DNA of 32,000 nt from Candidatus Harpocratesius repetitus (GCA_021498095.1 JAIZWK010000001.1:150001-182000), one strand, 5' to 3'. Counted from the first letter of the stretch, positions 1 to 10,423 are shown. Program-made: numbers and translations. The notes: a model not told the origin generated them from the sequence alone.

Positions 1-471
1 GCTGTCTCCTTCAAGATGAACAAATGCATCATCCTTATTAAAATAACCATGAGTCTTTTTCTGCTGAGAAATAATGGATATTGGATGAAGTTGAGTGATT
101 GCGACAGGAGATAATCTTACCTGACTTACATTAACATTACCCATAGCATCACTAGATACAGACTGATCAAAACCTTCAAAATATCCAAATAAATCATGTT
201 CTGCCTTAAAAAAATTTAAATTCTCAAGCTTTTGTAATTTAGGATTATAATTTAGCTCTTTACGATAAATTTGATTAAAAATCTTTCGCCAATAATGCCG
301 CCAGGACTGAGCAGAGATATATGGAGTTTCATTTCCATTATACATTAAAAATTTTGGCATGCTGATATCAGATTTTGATTCTTTTTGGGGATCGCCACCA
401 TTAATGAAACCTGAATCAACTTTAACAGCAAAAAAGCCACATAAATGTGTTATTTTACGAGTAGTCGACAT
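1..471 (-). CDS. cas7: Type I-B-like Cas7 (Cst2/DevR family), 5' part; gene continues off the left edge
   Basis: Manual translation from ATG at 471 (SD-like AGGAAGG upstream): MSTTRKITHLCGFFAVKVDSGFINGG...ETPYISAQSWRHYWR...EHDLFGY...VRLSPV...DDAFVHLEGDS, open for 157 codons to the edge. PYISAQSWR, DLFGY, RxSP and HxEGD match the Cst2/DevR Cas7 pattern. Absent from the ORF track because no stop lies in the window. Confidence 0.85.
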   Translation of the reverse strand, partial: MSTTRKITHLCGFFAVKVDSGFINGGDPQKESKSDISMPKFLMYNGNETPYISAQSWRHYWRKIFNQIYRKELNYNPKLQKLENLNFFKAEHDLFGYFEGFDQSVSSDAMGNVNVSQVRLSPVAITQLHPISIISQQKKTHGYFNKDDAFVHLEGDS

Positions 472-1113
472 ATTCCTTCCTTTTTATCTTGTTTGATGAA
501 TTTATTTTGAAAAACCAATTTTTAAAATATTGATATTATCTTACTTAATTTTTGTTGTGTTGTATATTTAAATTCAATGGTCTCAAAATTCAATTAAAAA
601 TTAATTAAAATCGATCTTTTTTATAAGAAAGATTTCAAATAACTTTTATTTTCTTGCTTAATTTTAAAATCAGCGTGAATTTCATTTTATATTTAGATGA
701 TTCTTAAAAATTTTTATTTGAATCAAAAGAATTGAGATTTTAATATAGTTTTTATTTTGGGAACACTTAGCAACATTTATAAAATTAACATCGAATTGAA
801 AATCTTGCATGCAATATACATTTGCTAATATACATTTGCTGATATACAATCTAAATTTAGAATTTCCTATCAAATAAAGTAATTTTTATTGATTCAAATC
901 AAATTGAATGGATTTAATAATTGTGGAACAACGAAGATAGAAATTGTAATGCAAATCATGTAATTTTTAACGAATTAATAATTTTTTTTTACCTTAAAAT
1001 GAAAATTATATATTCATTTTTTCTGGAACATTACATTAATAAAGAAAAAGCACTAATAATTATTCACTAATTTGATAACTAATATCTAAGACAGATGAAC
1101 ATGAGGGAAAATT
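472..1113. promoter_or_regulatory. Divergent promoter region between type I cas7 and type III cas10
   Basis: 642-nt very AT-rich gap between head-to-head genes, with several TTTAAA/TTTATA-like boxes. Individual promoters not assignable by eye. Confidence 0.55.
805..848. repeat. 10-bp palindrome TTGCATGCAA overlapping a 14-bp direct repeat (AATATACATTTGCT x2 plus partial third copy)
   Basis: Read directly: 805-814 ttgcatgcaa; 813-826 and 827-840 aatatacatttgct; 841-848 gatataca. Confidence 0.85.
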
Positions 1114-4100
1114 GTGGCGTCACAGATAATAAGATTTAATCCAATAAATTTTTCTAAACAATCTTGTGGAACTGCGGATGAAATAATCAAAAATAATCAA
1201 TATGTTTTTAATCGCATTCAGGAAATAATAAATTCGAAATATAAGAATAAAAGTACATTAAATAAACTTCAAAAATTAGAAGAATTAATTTTAGATTGTT
1301 ATACAAACAACACAAATATTATTAATCTAAAGAAAAATCCCTTCATTGAAGTTCCAAGTGATACAAGATTCCCTAATAATTTTAACTCAATTGCAGATCA
1401 TTCCATATTTACGGCTGCATTAATGCAGTTACTACTTTCACTCTGCTTCGACAAATTAAATCAAAAATCGAATATTGATAACAATATAAATACAAAGAAC
1501 TACGAAGATTATCAGGATTTAATTCAAAAATCCCCATTCTATGAAAAATTATTAGATGCTTTATTTCCATCTTCTCCAAAAATATTTCTAGAGAATGCCT
1601 CAAAAAATCAAATTAAACCACTTGATATTTTGTTATATGGACGACTAGCAGGATTACTGCACGATATTCAAAAACCTAAACTAAATAAGCATGCAGAAAT
1701 TGGAGCTGAAAGAGTAGAAAAACTATTAACTAATATCGGAATTCAAAAAGAGATTACAGAAATAATCGTGTCTGCAATAAAGCAACATCATACAAAAAAT
1801 CCAAATATCGGATTGTTTGGTGAAATTCTTCAACTTTCTGATAAAATAGGGACTGCAGATAGAAGTTCATTATTTGATCTTGAGATATTCTACAATATTT
1901 TAAAAAGTGATCCTCTTATTCATAGTGTTTTTACCGATAAAGGAAAAGAAGATTTTATCAAAGGAATAGAAGAGCATGATGTTGAGAAACTCATAAATTT
2001 AAAGATTCAATGGCAGTACGGAATAGAATTTCCATTTTTTATTACTAATGATTCGCAGGTTAAAGAGAGTTATTTAAATAAAGAATTACGAAATTTGAGT
2101 GCTAAAATAAATAAACTTTTTGATCTTCCAATTGAAAAAAGAATTCAATTTGATAATGATCATGCATTGTTTTTCTTTTTTGTTGAATTTCGTAGCATTC
2201 AGAAGTTCATTTTTCGCTCTCCTGAACTCAAACAAATAAGGGGTTCAAGCGAATTAATTATATGGATTAATAAACTAATAAAGGAAGAGTTCTCAAAAAT
2301 CAATGGAAGAGAGGCAATAGTAAATGAAAAAGGTGGAAGCTTTTTAGGAATATGTACATTTCAACAATACAAATTTATAAAGAAGGCAATTATTAAAAGA
2401 ATCTCCAATGAATTAAAAGGTCTCGATTCTAATCTTGATTCAGATGAAATTCTAAAAAGACTTGATTTTCATCCTTTGCACACACCTTTTTCTCTTTCAG
2501 AAATATTTTTTGGTTCCGAACAAATGGGATATGATTTTAACAAAATATGGAATGAGATACAATTAACACCAGATAATACTAATTCAGAAGAGCATAGAAA
2601 TGCAATTCTATCATATTTCAATATCAATCCCCATCTATTTGATAAAATGACGATTGCTGCCAAAAAGTTTTATTTCTTTTCAAATTTTATTCGAAAAAAA
2701 GGTTTTGGTGAACTTATTTCATTATTTTTTAATACGCCCCATTTACAAGAGTTTTCGAAAATAATGAATCATTCTGTCAATGATATTTCTGATAATCAAA
2801 AACAGGCAGAATTACTCAAAAATTCACTTTCAGCCCAAATTTTTGAACAATTTAATTCTAATTTACTTCTATGTCAAGTTTGTGGAGAAGAAATTGCTTC
2901 AATTATAAATTCCACTGATAATGATGATGAAAATAACCCCATGTACATTTGCCAACAATGTAAATTAGCATACATTAAGGATGAAGAAGTAAAGAAACGA
3001 ATTTCAACTAATACGACAAGATATTTTGATTATTCAAATTTATTCCGTTTAAAAATGGAAATTTTAAACCAATTGAAAGCAAATTTTAAATTAAAATATC
3101 CCAACCTTAAAATCGATCTCCCTAAATCCATAGATGATATTGTTTTAGAGCACCAATCTAAAGAAAACAAAGGTAGACAACTAATTGCAATGATAAAGCT
3201 TGATGGTAATAATGTCGGTGTTGCAAAATCTAATTTGAGTTCATGGGCAGCATATCGTACTTTTTCTCAAATGCTAGATCAAAAAGTCTATAAAAATATT
3301 AAAGAAATAATAATTAATATCGTTGAAAAAGACATTATTACTTTAATAAATGAAAAGAATAATAAAAAGAACTTAGAGGAAATCAAGTCTGATAAAGAAA
3401 AAATCATCTATTTCATTCCTTTTGAACCAATCATTATTGGTGGAGATGATATCACTTTAATCCTGCGTGGAAATTTGGCATTTAATTTTATTAAAGATTT
3501 TTTTGAAAGATTAAAAATAATATTTGGAAATCCAAGATTATTCTATCTAAACCAAAATAAATTAAAAATATTCAAAGAAAGAATAAACAATTTTGAAGAA
3601 ATGGGATTAGATTGGAAAGAGCGATGTAAATTAATTGCATTAACTACTGATGAAATTGTAGAATTTAATGGAAGTACTTTTCCAATGGGTTATTCTGGCG
3701 GATTAGTTTTTGGAAATTCAAAGGCACCTCTAACCCGTTTATTTTCTTTAGCAGATACTCTTGAACAAAAATCTAAGCAATATATTAAATCAAAAATAAT
3801 GAAATTACTTCAAAAAGTGTTTACTGATGAATTATTCGACAATAAGAAGCAGCACGAAGATATTTTCAAGGATTCAGATCATCTTATAAGAATTATGGGT
3901 TCATGGAGCAGTATATCATCATTTTACTCTTCAACTCATGATCTTTCAAAAAGCTTCTTAGAAAAATATTTTCAAAAAGAAATCTTGAATTATGAAGAAG
4001 AAAATTCATATAAATATATTTTAACACAATTTCCAATGACTGAAATTGAATTTAATAAATTTTTCAATGATATATATAAATTGAAGGCACTATTTTTTGG

Positions 4101-4377
4101 TGGACATACGGGAAAAAATAAGAAAGAAATCAGCTATAATTCCTTAAAAATGAAAATTCGAAATATTCTCGAAAAAACACCAAATGAAAATAAGTTGGAT
4201 TTTTATTACTGGGCAGGAAGAGTAGATGAAAAGGACAAAAAACATGCGGAAATCCTAAAATTAATTCCAAGACTTATCCTTCCCACAAGTCAAACCAAAT
4301 CTTCAAAATTATTCTATATCCCATTTTTCGACTTGGTACAGTATTCAAATATCGTCGATAAAAAGGAGGCTTATTAA
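1114..4377 (+). CDS. cas10: Cas10 large subunit with N-terminal HD nuclease, Zn finger and GGDD cyclase palm (1087 aa)
   Basis: PSDTRFP..SIADHS, LLHDIQKP, KHA, QHH and LSDKI (HD set); FRSIQKFIF..LKQIRGSS (palm 1); CQVC..CQQC; IKLDGNNVG and IGGDDI (palm 2). GTG start with GAGGG SD-like motif. Confidence 0.95.
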   Translation: MASQIIRFNPINFSKQSCGTADEIIKNNQYVFNRIQEIINSKYKNKSTLNKLQKLEELILDCYTNNTNIINLKKNPFIEVPSDTRFPNNFNSIADHSIFTAALMQLLLSLCFDKLNQKSNIDNNINTKNYEDYQDLIQKSPFYEKLLDALFPSSPKIFLENASKNQIKPLDILLYGRLAGLLHDIQKPKLNKHAEIGAERVEKLLTNIGIQKEITEIIVSAIKQHHTKNPNIGLFGEILQLSDKIGTADRSSLFDLEIFYNILKSDPLIHSVFTDKGKEDFIKGIEEHDVEKLINLKIQWQYGIEFPFFITNDSQVKESYLNKELRNLSAKINKLFDLPIEKRIQFDNDHALFFFFVEFRSIQKFIFRSPELKQIRGSSELIIWINKLIKEEFSKINGREAIVNEKGGSFLGICTFQQYKFIKKAIIKRISNELKGLDSNLDSDEILKRLDFHPLHTPFSLSEIFFGSEQMGYDFNKIWNEIQLTPDNTNSEEHRNAILSYFNINPHLFDKMTIAAKKFYFFSNFIRKKGFGELISLFFNTPHLQEFSKIMNHSVNDISDNQKQAELLKNSLSAQIFEQFNSNLLLCQVCGEEIASIINSTDNDDENNPMYICQQCKLAYIKDEEVKKRISTNTTRYFDYSNLFRLKMEILNQLKANFKLKYPNLKIDLPKSIDDIVLEHQSKENKGRQLIAMIKLDGNNVGVAKSNLSSWAAYRTFSQMLDQKVYKNIKEIIINIVEKDIITLINEKNNKKNLEEIKSDKEKIIYFIPFEPIIIGGDDITLILRGNLAFNFIKDFFERLKIIFGNPRLFYLNQNKLKIFKERINNFEEMGLDWKERCKLIALTTDEIVEFNGSTFPMGYSGGLVFGNSKAPLTRLFSLADTLEQKSKQYIKSKIMKLLQKVFTDELFDNKKQHEDIFKDSDHLIRIMGSWSSISSFYSSTHDLSKSFLEKYFQKEILNYEEENSYKYILTQFPMTEIEFNKFFNDIYKLKALFFGGHTGKNKKEISYNSLKMKIRNILEKTPNENKLDFYYWAGRVDEKDKKHAEILKLIPRLILPTSQTKSSKLFYIPFFDLVQYSNIVDKKEAY

Positions 4378-5033
4378 TGAAATCTAAAGTCACTGTTAAT
4401 CTGTTATTTCATCATTCTTTCCATATTGGTGCAAGCGGACATGAAAGTGAAGTAATTGATATGCCGATATTAACAGATATAAAAAACAATAAACGAATCC
4501 CAAAAATTCCGGAAAATGTAATTAAAGGGGTGTTACGTAAAACCGCTTTTCACATATCTTTAAATCTTTTTAAGAATAAAACTGATAAAGAAATTTGGGA
4601 TATTTTTAGTAAAAAAGCACATCACATGTCCCCCATGGATGATGTAAAGAACCATCCTTTTGTCCAACTATTCGGAGCACCAAATATTCCAGGTAAAATC
4701 AGAATATTAGATTCAAATTTTATCAGCCAACCTAAAATATTTGTAAAACAAGGAATTCGAATCAACAGAGAACTTCTTTCAACTGAACAAAATGCACTTT
4801 TCAATATGGAACTTGCTGAAGTTAAAGGATTTTCATTTAAAATTGAAGGTATCTTTCTAACTTCAGAGGAAAAAGCTTTATTATTAGCAACATTAAATGC
4901 ATTACAGTATAGCTCATTTGGCGGCTTAATATCACAAGGCGCGGGATTAATTTCAAAAGTTGAGATTGAAGGAAAAAAATTTGTGAAAATAGCACAATCC
5001 ACTTTAAAACAACTAATTCAAAATGAAACTTAA
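4377..5033 (+). CDS. cas7: Cas7-group RAMP (Csm3-like)
   Basis: FHIGASG, IPENVIKGVLR (variant of IPGSSLKG), QLFG, GIRINR, Gly loop FGGLISQGAG. Start overlaps the cas10 stop (TAATG); SD GGAGG. Confidence 0.8.
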   Translation: MKSKVTVNLLFHHSFHIGASGHESEVIDMPILTDIKNNKRIPKIPENVIKGVLRKTAFHISLNLFKNKTDKEIWDIFSKKAHHMSPMDDVKNHPFVQLFGAPNIPGKIRILDSNFISQPKIFVKQGIRINRELLSTEQNALFNMELAEVKGFSFKIEGIFLTSEEKALLLATLNALQYSSFGGLISQGAGLISKVEIEGKKFVKIAQSTLKQLIQNET

Positions 5034-5096
5034 AAACTAACACCATAATAAATAAAATCCTATGTAATAACAACAATCCAATAAAGAGGAAAAATA

Positions 5097-6431
5097 ATGA
5101 CAATTAAAGAAATAAACCTAATATTACAAAATAAAACACCAATAATAATTAAAACGGGAAAAAAGCAATTAAACATTGTAAAAACGCTAAATTTTATTCC
5201 AGGTTCCACCTTATATGGTGCTATTGTTAATCAGATTTTATTGGATCATTATGAACGGAATAATACGGAGCTTTTATCAAAAATATATAAAGATGGTTGG
5301 CTGGAAATACTTAACGATAATAACAAGAATAATGAAGAAATTCGTCAAAATTCAGAAGGACAATATCGAAATTGGATTCAAAATCTTTCATCTGATATGA
5401 ATACAATCAGTTTAAAGGTTTCAGACTTTTTACCTGTTAACATTAATAAAAATAACCATCAAAATTCAATTTCTCCTTATCCACCTTTAGATTCAATTTT
5501 TCGATGTCGGGTGAATGGCAACCACATATCTGATGGCTTATTACATATAATAATTAAAAATAGAATTATTCAAGAACAAAATACTGAAGAATATAAGTAT
5601 TTTGCCTTTAGTTCGCTAAAATGTCCATATTATCATTGCAATAGTTCTATGAAAAAGGGAACTTCCTTATTACAAATGAATTTAAAGGAAAATAAAATTG
5701 AAAAAGTTGAATTTCAAACAGAAGAAAAAATTGGAATAGGAATAAATGAAAGGACATATTCAATTCTGAGGGAATCAATAGGAAAAGACACAAAGGGATA
5801 TTTATTCTATCAAGAAACGATACAACCCAATCAATATTTCGCAGGGAAAATCATTTTTAATGATAACATAATTTCTCTTTCAAAATTAAAGGAATATATT
5901 GAATCTTGCAATATTGGAGCAAAAAAATCTGTAAATTTCGGAAAATTGAGGATTATTTCACATGATGTAAATGAGAGAACCATAGATAAAGTAAAAGAAG
6001 AATTATACAAAAAATATCAAAAGAATCATAATGATTTAATAGAATATCAAGAAAAGTATAACCTTAATCCAAAAATGATAATTCCATTCTTGATTTATAG
6101 CAATACTTCAATAACTGCCATGAAAAATATCTCAAACTATTTAGCAACTAAATTCAATTGTAAAGAAATAAATTTTATCAAAGGTAGTTATGAAATTTTA
6201 TCCCTAAAAGATTTCGTTTCAGGAAAATCAACACATTTTGGAATTTTACCACGTGGTTCTACAGGATATATTCAAAATAATAAAATTTTAGAGGGAAAAA
6301 CTAAAGAAGAATTTTTCAACTTTTTAAGTAATATTGAAATATTTGGATTTGGAACAAATTCTGCGAAGGGCTTAAGTGAAATCCGCTTTTTCCCAAATAT
6401 TTTTTATCATAATCAGAAAATTAAGTTATAG
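5097..6431 (+). CDS. csx10: Csx10-like (Cas5-group, double RAMP) type III-D subunit
   Basis: FIPGSTLYGAI, IGINERT, YQETIQPNQYFAG, IGAKKSVNFG, second Gly loop GFGTNSAKG; position matches the III-D order. Confidence 0.7.
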   Translation: MTIKEINLILQNKTPIIIKTGKKQLNIVKTLNFIPGSTLYGAIVNQILLDHYERNNTELLSKIYKDGWLEILNDNNKNNEEIRQNSEGQYRNWIQNLSSDMNTISLKVSDFLPVNINKNNHQNSISPYPPLDSIFRCRVNGNHISDGLLHIIIKNRIIQEQNTEEYKYFAFSSLKCPYYHCNSSMKKGTSLLQMNLKENKIEKVEFQTEEKIGIGINERTYSILRESIGKDTKGYLFYQETIQPNQYFAGKIIFNDNIISLSKLKEYIESCNIGAKKSVNFGKLRIISHDVNERTIDKVKEELYKKYQKNHNDLIEYQEKYNLNPKMIIPFLIYSNTSITAMKNISNYLATKFNCKEINFIKGSYEILSLKDFVSGKSTHFGILPRGSTGYIQNNKILEGKTKEEFFNFLSNIEIFGFGTNSAKGLSEIRFFPNIFYHNQKIKL

Positions 6432-6532
6432 GAGTTGCACAAGAATATAAAACTAAGTTAATAACTAAAATTATTTTTTTTTTGCGTAAAGAAATAAAAA
6501 GAAACAAAACAATGCTTTATGTGGTGAAAAAA

Positions 6533-6919
6533 ATGACAGACACAAAAAAGTCTATAACAAAGGAAGAATTACGAGAACTCATTGCGAAAAAAGCAATTGA
6601 ACTCGTAAATAAATACGAATTTAGCGAACGAAATGGAGTTTCTTCATCAAATTTAAGAAATTTATTAAATTTCAGTACATCATCAGCAGTTTCTCCAAAT
6701 CAGTTCATTCTTTTTGCAAAATATCAAGCAACACGTAAAGATGATCGGGTTTATTCTAAATTTACAAACGACTTTCTTAATACTGCTAAAGAATTAATTT
6801 CAAAGATTGGATGCAGATCAATTAAAGAAAAGATGGAAATATATAAGGAATTGCTTATCAGCATAGTTATGGGCGGAACTTTTCGGAAGAACGCACACGA
6901 AAAGATAGAAGCAATATAA
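6533..6919 (+). CDS. Small subunit Cas11 (Csm2-like), about 128 aa
   Basis: All-helical; SSSNLRNLL and FAKYQATR resemble III-D small subunits. Start moved to ATG 6533 because GTGGTG SD lies 6 nt upstream (ORF track starts at 6482). Confidence 0.65.
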   Translation: MTDTKKSITKEELRELIAKKAIELVNKYEFSERNGVSSSNLRNLLNFSTSSAVSPNQFILFAKYQATRKDDRVYSKFTNDFLNTAKELISKIGCRSIKEKMEIYKELLISIVMGGTFRKNAHEKIEAI

Positions 6920-6937
6920 ATAATTTGAGGGTGAAAA

Positions 6938-7714
6938 ATGACAGGAGAAATTTTAGGAAAATATATTATCGATTATTCCATCAAAACTTTAGAACCTTTA
7001 GCCATCGGAGGAACTCAACAGAACATTAGAATATCCGAGTCCGATCGCCCTGTTCTAAAGGATTCAAATGAAATTCCCTATATTCCCGGTAGTTCAATAA
7101 AAGGTCTTTTCCGAACATTCTTTGATCGAATGACAGAAGGATTTAAGCAGTTAACACAGAATCATCCAGCATTTTCTGGAGTTAAATTTAATTTAACTCA
7201 CAACAATCCAAATAAATCAGAGGAAGTTTGTGACTGTACACAATTAACAACACTAAAAGAAGATGAAATTTGCGATTTATGCCTACTTTTTGGAGCAAAA
7301 GGATACGGTTCACCTTTAATTTTTACTGATTTACTTTTAGATGAAGAAAAAGAGGATATCGAATTAGAACATAACACACATATCCGAATTGACAGAGGGA
7401 CGGATACAACAGTTAAAGGCGCGCTATTTTATGTAGAATCTGTTCCGAAAGATATAGAATTTAAAGGAAAAATAATCTTTGAAGTTCGAGATATAAATGA
7501 ACAGATTAAAAATCGAATTGATCTACTATTTAAAATACTTCTCCATCAAATTGAAAATAGAGAAATGCATGTAGGAGGAATGAAATCCAGAGGATACGGC
7601 TTATGTTCCTTTAAAATAAATGAAATCCATTATTATAGCCTTCAAGACCTAATTTTAGGTAATTTAGAAGAGAAGAAACCATTGATCATAGATCAATTTT
7701 TATCATGGTCTTAA
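6938..7714 (+). CDS. csm3: Cas7 (Csm3) backbone RAMP
   Basis: EPLAIGG, SDRPVLKD, PYIPGSSIKG, CDC..CDLC.LFG, HIRIDR, LFYVE, VGGMKSRGYG; SD GAGGGTGA. Confidence 0.9.
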   Translation: MTGEILGKYIIDYSIKTLEPLAIGGTQQNIRISESDRPVLKDSNEIPYIPGSSIKGLFRTFFDRMTEGFKQLTQNHPAFSGVKFNLTHNNPNKSEEVCDCTQLTTLKEDEICDLCLLFGAKGYGSPLIFTDLLLDEEKEDIELEHNTHIRIDRGTDTTVKGALFYVESVPKDIEFKGKIIFEVRDINEQIKNRIDLLFKILLHQIENREMHVGGMKSRGYGLCSFKINEIHYYSLQDLILGNLEEKKPLIIDQFLSWS

Positions 7715-7778
7715 AATATAATTAAATTCCAAAAAAAACAATTAGAATAAATAAGAAACATAAAGGAGATGCATTAAA

Positions 7779-8576
7779 ATAACATATAAATTTTCAAACT
7801 CATCAAAATTTTCAAAATACGATAGTTTTGCCAAAATAACTTTCGAAATCGAAACACAATCACCGCTATTAATTAAAAGCGGCGATAATGATTTACTTCC
7901 ATCAAGCAAAGATATGAGATTTGTACGAGATTCTTCAGGAAGTATTTTTATACCTGGATCCACCATGAAGGGTTTCTTTAAGGGAAATTTAGAACGTCTA
8001 AATGAATATTTTAAAGAAGATATTATTGAACACAGCTTTGGAACGCAGCAATTTGCAAGTAGTTTTCTGTTTAATGATGTTTATCCAACTGATAACGAAA
8101 CAATTTCATTTGAAACACGCTCTCAAATTGCGATTGATCGCCAAACTCAAGGCGTTCAAAAAGGTGCATTATTCTTTATTGAGTGCTTATCAAAAGGTGC
8201 AAAACTTGCTGGAAGTATTAATATCAGAAATCTCCGTTTATACCATTTGGGGCAACTTTATGCAATTATAATGATGGCAAATGATCAAAATATTAGTATT
8301 GGATTTAACAAAACGAGAGGATATGGAAAAATTAAGTTCTCCATCAAAGAACTAATTATTGATACACTTCCAAACCAATGGATCTTCAATTCAACTGATG
8401 GAAAGATAATAATTTCAGATGGTATAAAAACAATAGAATTTAAAGATGAAAATTTTAATACAAACAGTTTAAAAACGAAAAAATCTTTGTTGATGGATAA
8501 TTATCAATTTAAAGAAAAAGAAGCGTCGATGATAATGGAATCTTGTCTTGAAATTATTAAGAAAGGTGAAAACTAA
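7779..8576 (+). CDS. cas7: Cas7 (Csm3-like) RAMP; true start is upstream of the ORF-track start, probably non-AUG (ATA 7779)
   Basis: Frame open from 7764 and encodes AKITFEIETQSPLLIKSG (first RAMP strand) before the ATG at 7914; then FIPGSTMKG, QIAIDR, LFFIE, IGFNKTRGYG. SD AAGGAG at 7763-7768. Start position is inferred. Confidence 0.8.
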   Translation: MTYKFSNSSKFSKYDSFAKITFEIETQSPLLIKSGDNDLLPSSKDMRFVRDSSGSIFIPGSTMKGFFKGNLERLNEYFKEDIIEHSFGTQQFASSFLFNDVYPTDNETISFETRSQIAIDRQTQGVQKGALFFIECLSKGAKLAGSINIRNLRLYHLGQLYAIIMMANDQNISIGFNKTRGYGKIKFSIKELIIDTLPNQWIFNSTDGKIIISDGIKTIEFKDENFNTNSLKTKKSLLMDNYQFKEKEASMIMESCLEIIKKGEN

Positions 8577-8692
8577 AATTAGGTGGGAATATAAACGAAA
8601 TAAAGGCAGATATTGTAAAAATTAGATCCATGAAAAATGAATGAAAAAAAAAGATCAAAAAAATTAGAAAAAAGTGATGAGGACAAAAAAAA

Positions 8693-9346
8693 ATGGAAAA
8701 AAACACTAAACTCATTCGAACCCTGCTTTATATTTCAATAGATTCGGAAATAGATACATATATTAGTAAATTATTTTCCAAAATTCAAGAAATAATTGAT
8801 TTTAACAGCAACAATATTCAAAAAAATAATCATGATATTAATGAAATCGAAGAAAATAAGTATCGTATTTTAGCCCAAAAATACCATTTTATCGATTACA
8901 AGCAGATAGACTCGCTTTCAGATATAAAAAATAAAGATTTACTTAATTCTTATAAATTCAATATAATTCATCGTTACATTTCAATATCGATAATTAATAA
9001 AGAAACTAAATTAGATGTAAATATTTTCGCTACCAAAAGAATAATAACGCAAATTCTCGAAAGTTCAGTCTTAAAAGATATAAAAAACAATGATTTTATT
9101 CATGCAGACTATATTCCCATTAGTTCAATTGAAGAGAACAAAAAAGAAAAAACATACAATAATAATTATCAAAAAAATATTTTCATATATTCAACAGAAT
9201 CACAAAAAGATATATACAATTTAAAGATTGAACCATGGCTGAGATCAGAAAAGGAGTCTGATGAAAATAATAAAACTAAAATGGGAATTAATTTACCCGA
9301 ATTACCTGAAGTCTACTATAATATTCTTAATATCATATCTGTTTAG
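8693..9346 (+). CDS. Hypothetical protein in the Csx19 position of the III-D operon
   Basis: 217 aa between the tandem cas7 pair and the terminal cas7, the slot Csx19 occupies in III-D loci. No motif recognised; assignment is positional only. Confidence 0.4.
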   Translation: MEKNTKLIRTLLYISIDSEIDTYISKLFSKIQEIIDFNSNNIQKNNHDINEIEENKYRILAQKYHFIDYKQIDSLSDIKNKDLLNSYKFNIIHRYISISIINKETKLDVNIFATKRIITQILESSVLKDIKNNDFIHADYIPISSIEENKKEKTYNNNYQKNIFIYSTESQKDIYNLKIEPWLRSEKESDENNKTKMGINLPELPEVYYNILNIISV

Positions 9347-9370
9347 TGAATTAAAAAAAAAGTGATATGT

Positions 9371-10339
9371 ATGGCACAAAACTCAAATAAAGTTGCAATT
9401 GTTGATGAAAATGACTATTACATGTATTTAACTATTCCCAATTTGGAACAGGTTAAAAAAAAGCAAATGACAGTTAGATCAACTATAAAAAATATATGGA
9501 AAATCAAATATCAATTTAAAGTTTCACATGATTCAGCCCTACATGTTGGAAGTGGATTAGTTAAATACCCTATAGATTCCGATAACCCTAATCAAGAAAG
9601 TGCACTGGATTTTATGAGAACTCCAGATAGAAAGCCGTTTATTCCAGGATCAACATTAAAAGGATATACCCGCTCTAATTTTGAAATATTAGTTCCCGGT
9701 TGTTGTTTTATCACAAATAATAAATCCATGGATAAACCGCCCGCCTGTAAAGGCGATTCTATAAATATATGCTCCGCTTGTGATCTATTTGGCGTTAATA
9801 AAATTATGGGAAGGGTATCATTTTCTGATGCCTATTTAATGGGAGATTTTACTGAAAAAGTACTACAGATTCCAAGATTAATGGGTCCTTCAAAGAATAA
9901 GTATATTGCAGGGACTAAAAAACTTTATAAATATATTAAATTAGAAGAACTTTCACAAATATCCAAAAGAAGGGATGCAATTTGGGTTGTAAACCCCGGA
10001 GCGGAATTCCAAGGTGAAATTACGGTAACAAACAGCAATATTAATGAAATTAGACAATTAACTTTATCATTCGCATATATGTATAAAGATGCAACATTAA
10101 TTTTAGGACATGGTAAAAATATCGGTTTAGGTCACTGCCAAATTTCAAAATTAATTATCTTTCAGAAAAAGACACCATTCGAAAAATTAAAAAAGCACAC
10201 AGTGAAAATTCCTGAAATTTACAAAGATCCATTAATTGGAAAAAGTAAAACTGAGAAATTAATTCGCTGGGATATTCTTAAAAAAACATTTACTAAAAAT
10301 GGATTTCCATATCCAGGTCATGGAGATAGAAATTACTAA
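9371..10339 (+). CDS. cas7: Terminal Cas7-group RAMP of III-D (no large insertion)
   Basis: ALHVGSG, PFIPGSTLKGYTRS, C..C..CSACDLFG, GRVSFSDA, KKLY, LGHGKNIGLG. Start either GTG 9362 or ATG 9371 (GTGA SD-like motif 5 nt upstream). Confidence 0.8.
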   Translation: MAQNSNKVAIVDENDYYMYLTIPNLEQVKKKQMTVRSTIKNIWKIKYQFKVSHDSALHVGSGLVKYPIDSDNPNQESALDFMRTPDRKPFIPGSTLKGYTRSNFEILVPGCCFITNNKSMDKPPACKGDSINICSACDLFGVNKIMGRVSFSDAYLMGDFTEKVLQIPRLMGPSKNKYIAGTKKLYKYIKLEELSQISKRRDAIWVVNPGAEFQGEITVTNSNINEIRQLTLSFAYMYKDATLILGHGKNIGLGHCQISKLIIFQKKTPFEKLKKHTVKIPEIYKDPLIGKSKTEKLIRWDILKKTFTKNGFPYPGHGDRNY

Positions 10340-10423
10340 AAATTATAGAAATTAATGTAAAATTTAATCATAATAATTAAAGTAGTTAAAATGGTAATAA
10401 TTATAATCAAAGGTGGTTAAGAA

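Noticed and set aside
682-873. 63-aa minus-strand ORF in the divergent region
   Set aside because: No SD or motif; expected by chance in AT-rich DNA.
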